Positions 35,177 through 46,819 of a stretch of DNA of 64,000 nucleotides are shown here, in pieces. The notes under the pieces are model-generated. The model ran no database searches, was not told where the DNA came from, and was given only the letters and a program-made list of their open reading frames with translations. A program made the position numbers and the translations under genes. The stretch is taken from the NCBI GenBank assembly GCA_043228905.1, contig JBHGNT010000009.1, forward strand, positions 10,168,001-10,232,000, read 5' to 3'. Source of the stretch: Azolla caroliniana. Taxonomy: Eukaryota; Plantae; Polypodiophyta. Numbering within the stretch: the stretch's first letter is position 1; every line of letters begins with the position of its first letter.

Positions 35177-36899
35177 AATACCAAGACACTAATTCATCAA
35201 AGAAAACATCGCGGCTCACTTGTACTTGCTTCGTCCGAGGTTATAACATTTGTACCCCTTCTGTTCATGTGAGTAGCCAACCGGAATGCATTTCTCTGAC
35301 TTGGCATCCAACTTCTTCCGCCTCTCATCTAGCACATGCACATATGCAATGCTATCGAATACCCTTACGTGCTTCACATTCAGCTTTCGCCCTAAGTACA
35401 ACTCATGTGCTAACACCTTCTCTTCGTGGTCATAGGTCCGATTCTGGATGTATACTGTTGTCCGAACGACTTCGGCCCAGTAAAATTTGGGCATGCTCTT
35501 CTCTTCCAGCATAGCCCGTGCCGCTTCCATGATTAACCGGTTCCTCCTTTCGGCTACGTTGTTCTGCTCCAGCATATATCTGCAGGTGAATTCGCGCTGA
35601 ATTCCCTTCTGTTGCAGATGATAGTTGAACTGGCCGGAAATATATTCTTTTCCACCATCCGACCACAAACACTTGATCTTTCTCTCTATTTCTCTTTTCA
35701 ATAAGCTCTTTAAGTTTCGGAAATAGTCGAAGACGTCACTCTTCTTTTCTATGAGGTAGATCCATGTGTGTCGATTATAGTCGTCAATGAAGGAGACAAA
35801 ATATCGACTCCCGACTAGGCTCACATTCTGTGCTGGTCCCCACACATTCAAATGTATTAAGTCGAGCTTATTACGGCCCCGGTTTCACTCATTGGGGAAA
35901 GGAAGCCGATGTTGCTTTCCTATCTGACAAGCTTCACAAACTTGGACCATCCGGCCACTGAAGTTTGGCAAACCGAACACAACTTGTTTCGTTTGCAACT
36001 CCTGAAGCCACTGAAAATTGACATGGCCAATCCGCTTATGTGACAAGTCGATATCTGATTCGACTTTTTGTCCCTTGGCGAACATTGCGGTGCCAACGTC
36101 GTTTGTCTCGAGGATGAACATCCTCCCTTCTCGTCACCCTTGCGCGATGATTTCCCTTCTTCCTCAATGAAGCAGCTAAGGTGGGTGAACCGAACTTGCA
36201 TTCCTTGGTCGACAATCTGTCCGACAAACACCAAATTCTTGGTGATTGTCGGCACATGTAGGACGTTCATTAGTCTCCCTTTCTGGCCGACATGGCTCAA
36301 GGGGACGTCACTGACATGCTCGATGGGATGTGAGGTGTCGTCACCAGTTTTGACGACCCTCGACTATTCCAACTTCTCCAAATGTGAGAACCACTCTTCA
36401 TGGCTTGTCATGTGATTCGGCGCTCCAGAATCAACATACCACACCTCATTTGGTTTTGAAGTGCCCGTCTTCATCGAGTTGACCTTATGCTTCATTACAA
36501 ATTCTGGACCCATTCTGGCTCCTCTTGAGCCTTCGGCGTAGTGCGATCACTAGTGATTTCCCCAAGAGTGGAACTATTGTCGACATGTCGATTATGCCTC
36601 TGATTTTGCTCGGTAATGTAATGTTATTGGATTGTATGCATTATAATTGAATATCTATATACTTTGTGGGCAAGCTCTGTGTCTGTCTCCATTAAGCTAT
36701 TACCTGATTACCTTCGGCCCATGCAATTAAGTGTTACAAATCGGTTGTTGCCAATTCTGCAGAGTGAACTGCTCATAATCAGAAACGCTCCGATTAGACT
36801 TAAGATCTACGTCTCCACACACCACATTCCTTGACCCAATTACATAGGGGGAGTAATCGAAGGTGTTCTCTAGGAGGGAGCAATAGAATCTTCCTCTCA

Positions 36900-37299
36900 T
36901 GCCACTAATATTTGCAAGGTTGATTAATCAATATTCAAACCCCCCATTTACATTTTTCTCCCACCTTTATATAGTGATGGGAGAGGCTAAGTATATCTCA
37001 CCGCATGCAAGCATCATGCTTTTATTAACTATAGTATTCATGCACACTAGTTGTGCACGAGTAAGTTTCCTAGAATATATACATAAGGATAAGCTCTTGT
37101 ACATATTAAAATCTATAATATGTTGTTCATGATGAGTTAGTACACTATTTAAGTTTGGTGTTGTTAACATGGAGGTACAGGGTTCAAACCTTGCCTTGTG
37201 CATGTAACATATTTTTTGTTATCATTTTCTTCGATTTCTTCATAACTATTCATTCGGGTACTCCGTATGTTTTTCATGATGTATACAAACATTACGACA
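36900..37299 (-). mobile_element. LTR fragment related to family B (TATA region plus tRNA-like module)
   Basis: Similar to 21890-22200 (CTTTATATAGTG...TTAACATGGAGGT...GGTTCAAA..TTGCC); minus strand starts TGTCGTAATG at 37299, flank ACGT. Confidence 0.65.
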
Positions 37300-37379
37300 A
37301 CGTGGTCACCAAAATGTGTTCTAAAGAATAAAACACGATTCGAATACCCAATCGCTAGATAACCTTCATCAAAGATCAT

Positions 37380-37949
37380 CGTTGGAGGAATGGATCGAAT
37401 CAAACTACAATTAAATAATTAGCTGGATCGACTATGGTAAAACAACTCTAAACACAATAGATTCAGTAACAACCTAATCAACTTGTACACATAGACAATA
37501 TCTGAATAAGCTACACCATCAAATTAGCCAACCCTTAGCACAACAATAAACTTAATCACAACTTAACACAGATATATCAATTCACATAATGGCGTTGTAT
37601 ACTCAAAACTTCTATGTATTAAACTTATACAATATACAACCGCACTTATAGTACAATGGCCATACCCCTTTTATAGGTGAACATATATAGTTACATTATC
37701 GAATCAGATCGGCACATCCTTTCGGATCGACTATCTAAATGTCATTCGTCATGACTACTCGCATCTAAATTATTACATCGTTTTGTATCTAATTATATTT
37801 TTGGCTACATGCTAATATTCGATAATAATATTTGGCCTCCTAATAATATTTGTCTTCACACTCTTTCGGCCTTCATCCGTTTCGACAACTTATTTGTCCT
37901 TTCGCCGCTTCAGCCACCCCGTGTCATCTTTCTTCTCCTAAGGCTAACA
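37380..37949 (-). mobile_element. Probable LTR remnant, unclassified
   Basis: Minus strand starts TGTTAGCC at 37949, TATAAAAG near 37670; no TSD found and the left boundary is uncertain. Confidence 0.4.
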
Positions 37950-39202
37950 ATGGTCTCTGATAGTTAATCATTTGTTAACATTTTGGCAAAGAAGGTTGGA
38001 TTTTGTACAATGGCATCCTCCACAAGAAAGGGTATGTGCTAGTTCATTACAAATGGCAGTTTTAGCGACATTAAGGTTGTTGAGGTGGGAAGGTAAACAA
38101 CGTCTTAACCTTCAATTTAATTGGATGGTTAGATTGGTTTTGGTAACAATCAAGGATGTTATGTTGGTGTCACACATATGGTTTATAACAATTCGAACAA
38201 CAAGATCAACATTTCGTATTCCAAGAGGATATACCTTTATTTGGGATAAGTTGTAAGGATTACTATCATCGTATGAGTCACTTCCTGATTTAGATGGGGG
38301 ATCTGAAGAGCTTGATTGGACGTTTGTTGGAAATAGGAGATTGATTATGATTGCAACAAATGATGCTTATCACAAGTTGTTTCATAAACATAAGTGGATG
38401 GAAGAAAGGGTTATAAAGATGTGGGGTTTTCATAAGCCCATTACTTGGTGGTTTCATGTGATGAAGGCATGTTGGTGTTGTCGATTGATGCTATGAGCTA
38501 AGGTATTCATTTGGAGAGTTATTGTTGGAGCTTTACCATCAAGGGATACATAAAAAGAAGAAGAAACGTTGTTAGAGGAATGTGTTTCTTTTGTTCGTTG
38601 GAATTGGAGCATAGTAGATATCGATTTCTTTCATGCTAGATGGCTAGGATGGTTTGCAGGTGTATCAATTTAGAATGGATGTCTCTAACTGGAGTAAGCC
38701 TATCTTCTTTCCGTTGGGTTTTTGCACATATGGAGAACAATGAACCGATACTTCATTTCAAAATTAGTTTTTGAGTTCTTGAGGTATTGGGGGGGCCATG
38801 GTTCAATTGGAAAATGCGAGAATGCAATCACTTTCGATTCACAAGTTGGGGTGAGAAATATGTTGTAAAGTTAAAAGGACTTGTTTGGTGGCCAATTGAC
38901 AATGGTAGAGAAGTTACAAAATGTCAACAATGAAGAGGGTAAAAAACTTTGCAAGGTCACATATTCATCATATTCGCCATTTGAATGGGTGTGTAGGGTG
39001 GACGTTTAGTTCCCTACAAGGGTTTTATACATATGTATGTACTTTGTAGTAAGATTAAGTTAGTCATATGTATGTACTTTGTAGTAAGATTAAGTTAGTC
39101 ATGGTGGTGTGATTTTGTTTTTTTTTTTCCTTTCGTAACGAAAGCCATTATTATGTACATATTTACGAGAGAAAAAGAAAGAAAGAAAGAAAGAAAGAGA
39201 GA
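37950..39202 (+). mobile_element. LINE 3' fragment (zf-RVT region, 3' UTR, GAAA tail)
   Basis: KVFIWRVIVGALP...CFFC..ELEHSRYRFLSC, FLRYWG; related to but distinct from the 47222-47977 ORF. Confidence 0.8.
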
Positions 39203-39506
39203 ATGGAATTCAAAAACACACATTTTATCCATCAAAATCAAAGGGAGGGAGGCGGACGTGAAGAAGCAATGAAATGCAGTTAATAATTCATTATTTAGTT
39301 CATCCACCAAATTTGAAATGACTTGACTTGCAGAGCTTCCCCCCAATCATCATCTTCTTCATCTTCATCTTCTTCTTCGCTGCCATCGTCTGATCCAGAA
39401 GAAGAAGAAGAAGAAGAAGAAGAAGAAGAAGAAGACGAAGAAGACGAAGAAGGGAACAACAGTCAGTGCAGGATTATTCCTTGCAACTTTTTCATATCAA
39501 TCAGCC

Positions 39507-42500
39507 ATGGAGAAGATCAGTGTCGCCGTTCGCATCAGACCGCATTCCTCTGCTTCCGAGTCCACCAAATCGAACTACTGGAAAGTGATTGACAACACAA
39601 TCTCTCTCTGCAGCCCTCTCGGCACTCCTGTCTCAGGACAAAACTTCGCATTTGGTGAGTTCATTTCTAACGACAGCCGGAAAATCTTCTTCTCTTTTGG
39701 TTATTGCAAATATTAAAATCTCTTCTTTTTCTTCCTTTTCTCTCGTACCTAGAAAATGCTTCATTTCCACTTTGTGCGTTAAATGCTTCCCCTTGCAGAG
39801 GAATTTGAGTATAGAACATGCATTATTATCGTCTGAGTAAACAAGGGATGACTTATTTTGCGCAGACCACGTATTTGGAACTGAATCTGTTACTGCCTCC
39901 ATCTACGATCTGCATACAAAAGGAGTGATATCATCTGCGTTGCATGGATTCAACGGCATGTACTCTTTTATCATGTTTACACAATTACTGCACAATAAGC
40001 TTGCAAAATTCATGTGTAACTTTCTTCAAGTAAGGGAATTGTTAGTTGAACAATGTTGTACTGCAATAATCGTACAGGTACTGTCTTTGCATATGGACAA
40101 ACCAGCAGTGGGAAAACTTTCACCATGAGAGGCTCAAAGGATAGCCTTGGATTAATTGGATTATCAGTTCACGAAGTTTTTAGTCACATTCAAAAGGTTC
40201 TTCTCCATGGCTCAACCTCCCTTTATGACCCATTTGATTTATTCTTTTGTTACAGTATTGCATTTATTTCTCATATGGTCAGTTTCATGTTTGAGGTGTG
40301 GAAAAGATTGAGACTTTTATGGATAGAAGGTGCAAGCATAATTTTCAATATGTTTTGAAGGGTCATGTGAGTAGTTTCAGCTTGACATTTGTCTGCTTAT
40401 TTCAACCTCAATTCTTGTGATAGATAGAAAATAGGGAGTTTTTGGTCCGTGTGTCATACATGGAAATATACAATGAAGATATCAATGATCTTTTGGCTCC
40501 AGAGAACAGAAAATTGCAAGTTCATGAGAACCTCGAGGTCGGTTTTCTGGCTCAGCTTTGCACCTCAGTTTGAGATCTGAATTGGCCATCTCAGGAAACA
40601 TACATTTTCTTGGCTTGGTTTGCAGAAAGGAATATTTGTTGCAGGCTTAAGAGAGGAGATAGTAAGCAGTCCAGATCAGGTTTTTGAACTTCTTGAATTT
40701 GGAGAAGGTGCTTCTATGAATTAGTCGGATTTGAAGTAGTTTTCAAGCTTGTTTCTAGTGCATTGATTTTTTTTTTTTTTCTATGTTCAGCTCATCGCCA
40801 TGTTGGGCAAACAAATATGAACGTGTATAGCAGTAGATCTCACACAATTTTTCGAATGGTAAATATTAATCACAATAAAAACTTTTCCTCTTTGCTTTCC
40901 AATATCATGCTAAGGAAGCCTTGTAAGGGGTTTTTGGGTGTGAATGGTATACTACATCCCCTCATATCAGATTATTTCAGGTAATTGAAAGTAAGGACAA
41001 ACATATAGAAGTATCAGGTGCTCCCCCAGTAGATGCTGTGCGAGTGTCAGTTCTGGTAATTTATTTTGATGTTTTGGCTATTCAGTTCTGTGCTCCATTT
41101 TTATTCAATGCTATTTAGAAAATGTCATACTGCAAATTTCAAAATTTATTTTCAGTCACCATCATTTCAGTATATCATAGTGTATGGAATCTGACGTATG
41201 AAGAGGTTTTGGTCTACTCCATTTGTTTTATGCAGAACCTTGTTGATTTAGCTGGTTCGGAACGTGTAGCAAAAACAGGTGCCGGTGGTGTGAGGTTAAA
41301 AGAAGGAACACATATCAATAAGAGTTTGATGACCCTGGGTAATGTGATAAAGAAATTGAGTGATGGTGCTGCGAGGCAAGGGTAAGTCCTTGAGGCTAAA
41401 ACATGAAAAGTTAAATGAATCTTCATTTATTTTTCTTCTTACTTGGCTTCCCTTGTAGGGGCCATATACCATATCGTGACAGTAAATTGACACGCATTCT
41501 TCAGCCAGCCCTGGGGGGGAATGCAAAAACTGCAATAATCTGTACCATAGCACCAGAAGAGGCAAAAACTTATCATTCGCTTGTTTTATTCATTATATGT
41601 TTTTGATTGAAACATCTCATTGAATTTTCCAACTGCACAGGTCCACATTGATGAGACACGGGGAACATTGCTGTTTGCTAGTAGAGCTAAACGAGTCACG
41701 ACATGTGCTCAAGTCAATGAGGTATCTTTTAATTCCTCTAGCCATTAATGAGGATTACATGCAGCATATTGGATGGAAAGCTTTTAAATTGACATACTAC
41801 CTAAATTGTTCTATGAGGTGTACAATATCTAAAATGCCATTGCACTAATGAAGAATTTCTGTTCTCACACTAATGAAGAAGGATTGGTGTAAATTTTGCT
41901 GATCCTACAGATATTGACTGATGCTGCTTTGCTGAGAAGACAATTACGGGAGATTGAAGGCCTTAGAAAAAAGCTTAAGGTTCTACTGTATATCATATGG
42001 CTGAATGTTTTTTAGTATCCATTGAGCTAGAAAAAAAGTAGTTGATGGTCTTATCTAATAGGTGACTGACTTTTTAGGGACTTCAATCTGAGGTTTCAGA
42101 ACAAGAGATTCTGCGTCTACGCAACGACTTACTGAAGGTTGTGAATTACATAAAATGAGTAGGCTCAATCCATTTCTAAAATTTGCATCTTGCTGACATT
42201 CAGTGTATTTCTGCAGTACGAATTAGAGAAAGAGAAGCTTGAACTAGAGCTACAAGAGGAAAGAAAAGGTCTACTGGAGAGAGAACAGCGAATTAGAGAG
42301 CAAGAGCTGAAGATTGAAAACTTGAGCTCCTTGGTCATCTCATCCACATTTGATGATTCTTTCAACAAGGTTATCAACGTGTGCTCTTCCTCGAAAAAAT
42401 CTTAAAGTTTGCTTATATTGTTGCATGCTCTATCACAAGCTTTATTGTGTAGGAACTATTTTGATTCTTTCCTAATATAAGACATGAGATATTGCCAAAG

Positions 42501-44934
42501 TTTTTTCATTTGTTCAAAGTATATAGCATGAATTTTTTTGTTTTGCTTATGGAGAAAATAGTTGTAATTAAAGTCTAAGAAAGAGGGTTTCATGCATGAG
42601 AAATTTGCATGAATTCATAAATGAAACACTTCGTGCCCGTAAATTTACTTTCTGTTTTGATGGAAATCATTCAAACAATACGAATTGAATAGCATGAATC
42701 TGCATATGGTCTGAGTTTCAATAGTCCAGTGTTTACTCTTAAGGATTTGTTTCACTCACGTGCACTTTGAGGAAACCATCATATTCAATCACTGACATGC
42801 TTTCTCCTCATTTTCAGGAAAATGGAAAGCATCTTGAGAATAAAAATATTCATAGTGACCTGATTACTGTCAGACGTGAGAAACTTCGAAGCCCTGTCAA
42901 TTTTGACCTGATTTCTGACAGAAGTGCTGAGCGAAGTGGGTTGTCATTGAGAAAGGGAGCAGACTTCTGTGAACTATTGAACTTTGAGAATGTTGCAGAT
43001 GAAGATTTATGGGCTACCATGAACGATGGGCAATCCTTAGCAGAACCAGATTTTTTATTTTCCACCCCAAGCAGATGGGCATCTTCAGTTGGTAGCACGA
43101 AAGGGACAACATCATCTTCCGTGAGAATTTAGCACCTTTTTTAAAGCATCTATCTGCTGCCTTAATGAATTCAAATTTAAGATTCAGTACTGATTGTGTT
43201 TTCAATTTCGGTAGGTGATTAATGTGCTAATGAGCTCCAAAGTTAAAATGGAGAGGTACAGGTCTCAACTAGAAGAGGCAAGGAAGGAAATTGCTGAACT
43301 AAGGGTATTTCTTATGACTAATAAAATGTTCTAAAATGGTAGTGAGAGTGTACTTCTTCACTGAAAAATGACGAGATGGTCTGCAGATTCAGCTTCAAGA
43401 GCATTGTACCTTTCATGCTGAGCTTAAACATGAACTCTTGAACCTGGAAAATGAGTTTGCTGAGTCTAAAAGTGCAACCAAAGCTATAGATGGAATGTGG
43501 GATACTATGAGGCAGGCGAAATCTTTTCTCTCAAGTGTTATTCGTGTAGGTTTTAAAGCTTTATTCAGCTATGTTTTGCAGCCACTTTATTCGACTGTTT
43601 CTGTATATCTTTTGACATGGAAATTTATCTATGTTTAGGAATTTGTGGTCTCTGAGAAGCCGCAGCTCGAGTTAGACATTACAGATGGCATCAATAAGAA
43701 AAATAATGAAGTAGTTGGTCTAACATCCAAAGTCAGGAAATTGGAAGAAGAGCTCTTGAAGCTCAAGGATGAAAATGAGAAATTACGATCTCAATGGCAA
43801 GTACATCAGTCTAATGGAAGCATAAAAGGAGTATCTGAAGTTGATGAAAACATAGAAAGAGTGGCCGATGCACAGGTAGGTGTGATTTGTGGAAAATCTA
43901 TTACCTTGGTATACATGAGTAATCAGGATGTATGAACCTAAGTTATATTGCAGAATTGTGGTGCTCCTGTATCAATTAAATGCACAGCGAATAGATCCTC
44001 TGAAGAGTTGATGCAGCCTCTGAGACGTTTGTCTAATGGTACTATGGTAGTATTTTTTGCTCTTGCACAATGTAGAAGCAAAGTTGGTTATATGGATTGC
44101 TTCTGTAGTTTAACTCTGCATATGTATTCTCTGTCCATCTCGTATACATTTGTTTAGAATGTCATAACAGACTTAGAATATCCCATCACACTGAAAGAGT
44201 GCCTTTGAAACATGTGCATAGACCATAGTCATTTAATGTTTTTAAATGTACCCTTTCTCACTGTTTGCAAGTTTTTTATGCCATAGCTTCGGTCTCACTC
44301 ATGTCAAAACATGGGGGCATCATCGATTCTCATCACGGAGTGGCCTTCAAAGTGCCTGAGGTGGATATTTCAGCAGGGAACCTACAGAAGGTTTGACAGT
44401 GCTCACCTCAAATTTCTGCTATCTGAATGATATTTGGGACCTAACTGTTGTTTGGTTTGAGAGCAGGATTACAGCATTGGTGTCTCAAATGACAACTGTC
44501 AAAGAAGAGGATCCATATATGGATGTAACACAGACAAATTTTTAACTACTGAGAACCCAGAATGCAAAACTGAATTTAGAAGTAAAGGGGATACTATACA
44601 AGAAGTCGATGGTTTAGCTGATCAGGCAATGATTACAGAGATGCTGTTCATGTGTAGAGAGCATATAAGAGTTCTGGAAAGGCAAGTATTGCTGGCAAAC
44701 CTTGAAAAGGACAGAACAACTGCTGTGCTTAAAGAGCAGGTGGATGCACATGAGAAGACTATGATTGCCATGAAGCTTGAAAAACGAAGATTTGCTGAGG
44801 ATATAAAGAATATTATGGAAGCAATAGCCATTCAAGACAACTTCTGCACTTCAATTTGCCATGCAATAGAGTTTGATAAGGGAATGGATGTGAGATGTCA
44901 AAATTTGATAACTCAGTTGCCACCATTAAATTGA
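39507..44934 (+). CDS. KIN7N: Kinesin-7 (CENP-E-like, KIN7N-type) motor protein, ~20 exons
   Basis: [13 protein letters not shown]-loop [29 protein letters not shown], then coiled coil. Exons 39507-39654, 39866-39955, 40078-40196, 40424-40537, 40626-40707, 40791-40858, 40981-41055, 41236-41381, 41459-41561, 41641-41721, 41911-41979, 42078-42137, 42217-42369, 42818-43120, 43215-43304, 43387-43545, 43639-43875, 43954-44038, 44287-44390, 44467-44934. Tail exons, 3' end and exact orthologue are less certain. Confidence 0.9.
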
Positions 44935-46819
44935 TTGTAGAAGGTTGCCAGAGTAATATAACTAATATTCACAGGGTTGTTATATTGAGCACTGCTATTA
45001 ACCAAGCTGAACTGTTACTGTATGTATCTGGCAGCTTCAACAAGAAATATCCACATATATTTAACCTTTTCGAAGTGGAATTTGTACAGGGCTTTAACAC
45101 AATGGATGGAAGTCCATATTTGAACTAGAAGCCCTCGAAATGAAACATTTTGCTACTGGCAAAATTAACTGTCTTTTGTATCAAGTTCTCTGTGAGCTTC
45201 TTGTTGTGAGATCTTAAAAATAATTTCCTCTTACCTGCTTATCCATGCCAAAATATGGGCCAGTCATTATTAACATATATGTTTTATCATAAGTGGTTCC
45301 ATCCCTCTCAAACTTTAGGCACCAAAAATAATGTTTTTTAAAGTCATGAGAATATTGAGTATATTGAGGAATGGGGATTGTCTATGTTCCTTCTCAATCT
45401 CTGTGATTGTTTGCTATAAAGCAGGTCACAAGTTTGATCAAGTACAAGCAATCTACAATGAAGTTATTTGTAAAATAATAAAACCATTTAAAGTTTTTGG
45501 TCACAGGGTTGATAAAAGACAGGAAATATAAAGTGCCTATGGGCAACAGTATCAGCTGACTGGAAATACAGTGCCTTTGGATTCATCACTTTTGACAGAT
45601 GTTAAGTATCACACAACCCTATTGAAGACTCTACAGCCTCATTGAAAGTTGTACTAGATTCCTCGTTATAGTTTTGTCATAGAAGATTATGGGGAAAAAG
45701 GAAAAATAATACTTTTCATGAGGTTGTGGGTCTTTTGACTAAAACCAATCCAATATCTTTTGTCTTTGGCAATATCAAATACACATGAAAATTCTTAAGT
45801 TAATCTAGAAAGCTGAAAAACCAAAGGCATGGAAGCCTCACGGTCTATATCAAATAGCTGAAGCCACATGCTTGGAAACCAGAGTATACTTAGACGTATT
45901 AATTGAAGTACTTTATAAAGGTCATGGATGGAAATGTTCCAAGCTATAACCCGTCAAACTTCATCTATCGCTGGCTGGAAATGACACTACATAATAATCT
46001 TCTTGTTCTGCAATAAAAAAACACTTACATCACTTCCCAATAAACCTGTATGTAATCATGTATGTAAGCACTAAACTTGTTAAGGAGTAACTCTAAAAAC
46101 CTTGCCAACTAACTGTTGAAACCTTATAACTGCAAGAATGAATTTTTTTGGAGAGGCAGCATGTAACCATTTTGTTTTTTAAATGCTCGAAAGATCAGAA
46201 TACAAATTGATTGACTATGATATGCACATAATATTGTTCAGTAAAATAGGGCTTTACATTAACTAAATGAAAAAACCACCAGAATTGCCAAATGATCTAA
46301 TTCTTATGGCTGTACAAAAGCAATATATACAAGTACCACGACCATAGTAACTCAATCAATGGTTATGACAATGATTCTGAAATGATACTTTCTAGACAAC
46401 GATCAAATATTTAACTAAAAACCAGGTTCGCAAATCTTCAGTTGAAATAACAATATGACAAGAGGCCTGCTTTATCTGCTTTGAGAATCATAAAAACTTA
46501 GGGGTGAAGGAGCTCACACTTGGTTTTTCACTTGCATGAGTGACTTGCTCCTTATCTTTGTATGCAGGTCTCTCGAGTCTTTGACGTCTCGAGTCTTTGA
46601 CGTTGTGTTTCTTCCAATATATCATGACCATTTGATTGCTTCAATATTAGTGTGCAAAATTGTGCGAATTTGAAGTACTATCTAACAAATTATAACAATT
46701 TGATATACGTAACTTGATTTGATGATAAAAGAGAGACAACGTTCTATTCACGGTTGATGTTGCATTTAATAGGTAGAAGAGATCATAGTAAAGTTTGTGA
46801 TGGGAATGTTCATTGTGAT

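Larger units (their letters stand above)
30141..36612 (-). mobile_element. Ty1/copia fragment related to Copia-1 (gag end, PR, INT, RT), split by the 31536-35176 insertion
   Basis: WYVDSGA, NVWGPAQ, VAERRNR, LLYVDALVVTG, MKDLGDLHYFLG. Confidence 0.9.

Noticed and set aside
37950-39000. Continuation of the LINE broken at 10262
   Set aside because: Sequence differs clearly from the 47-48 kb family member, does not resume at the break, lacks the GATAC TSD and lies across an assembly gap
39323-39592. Acidic 89-aa upstream ORF
   Set aside because: TTG start and microsatellite-derived composition; most likely leader sequence
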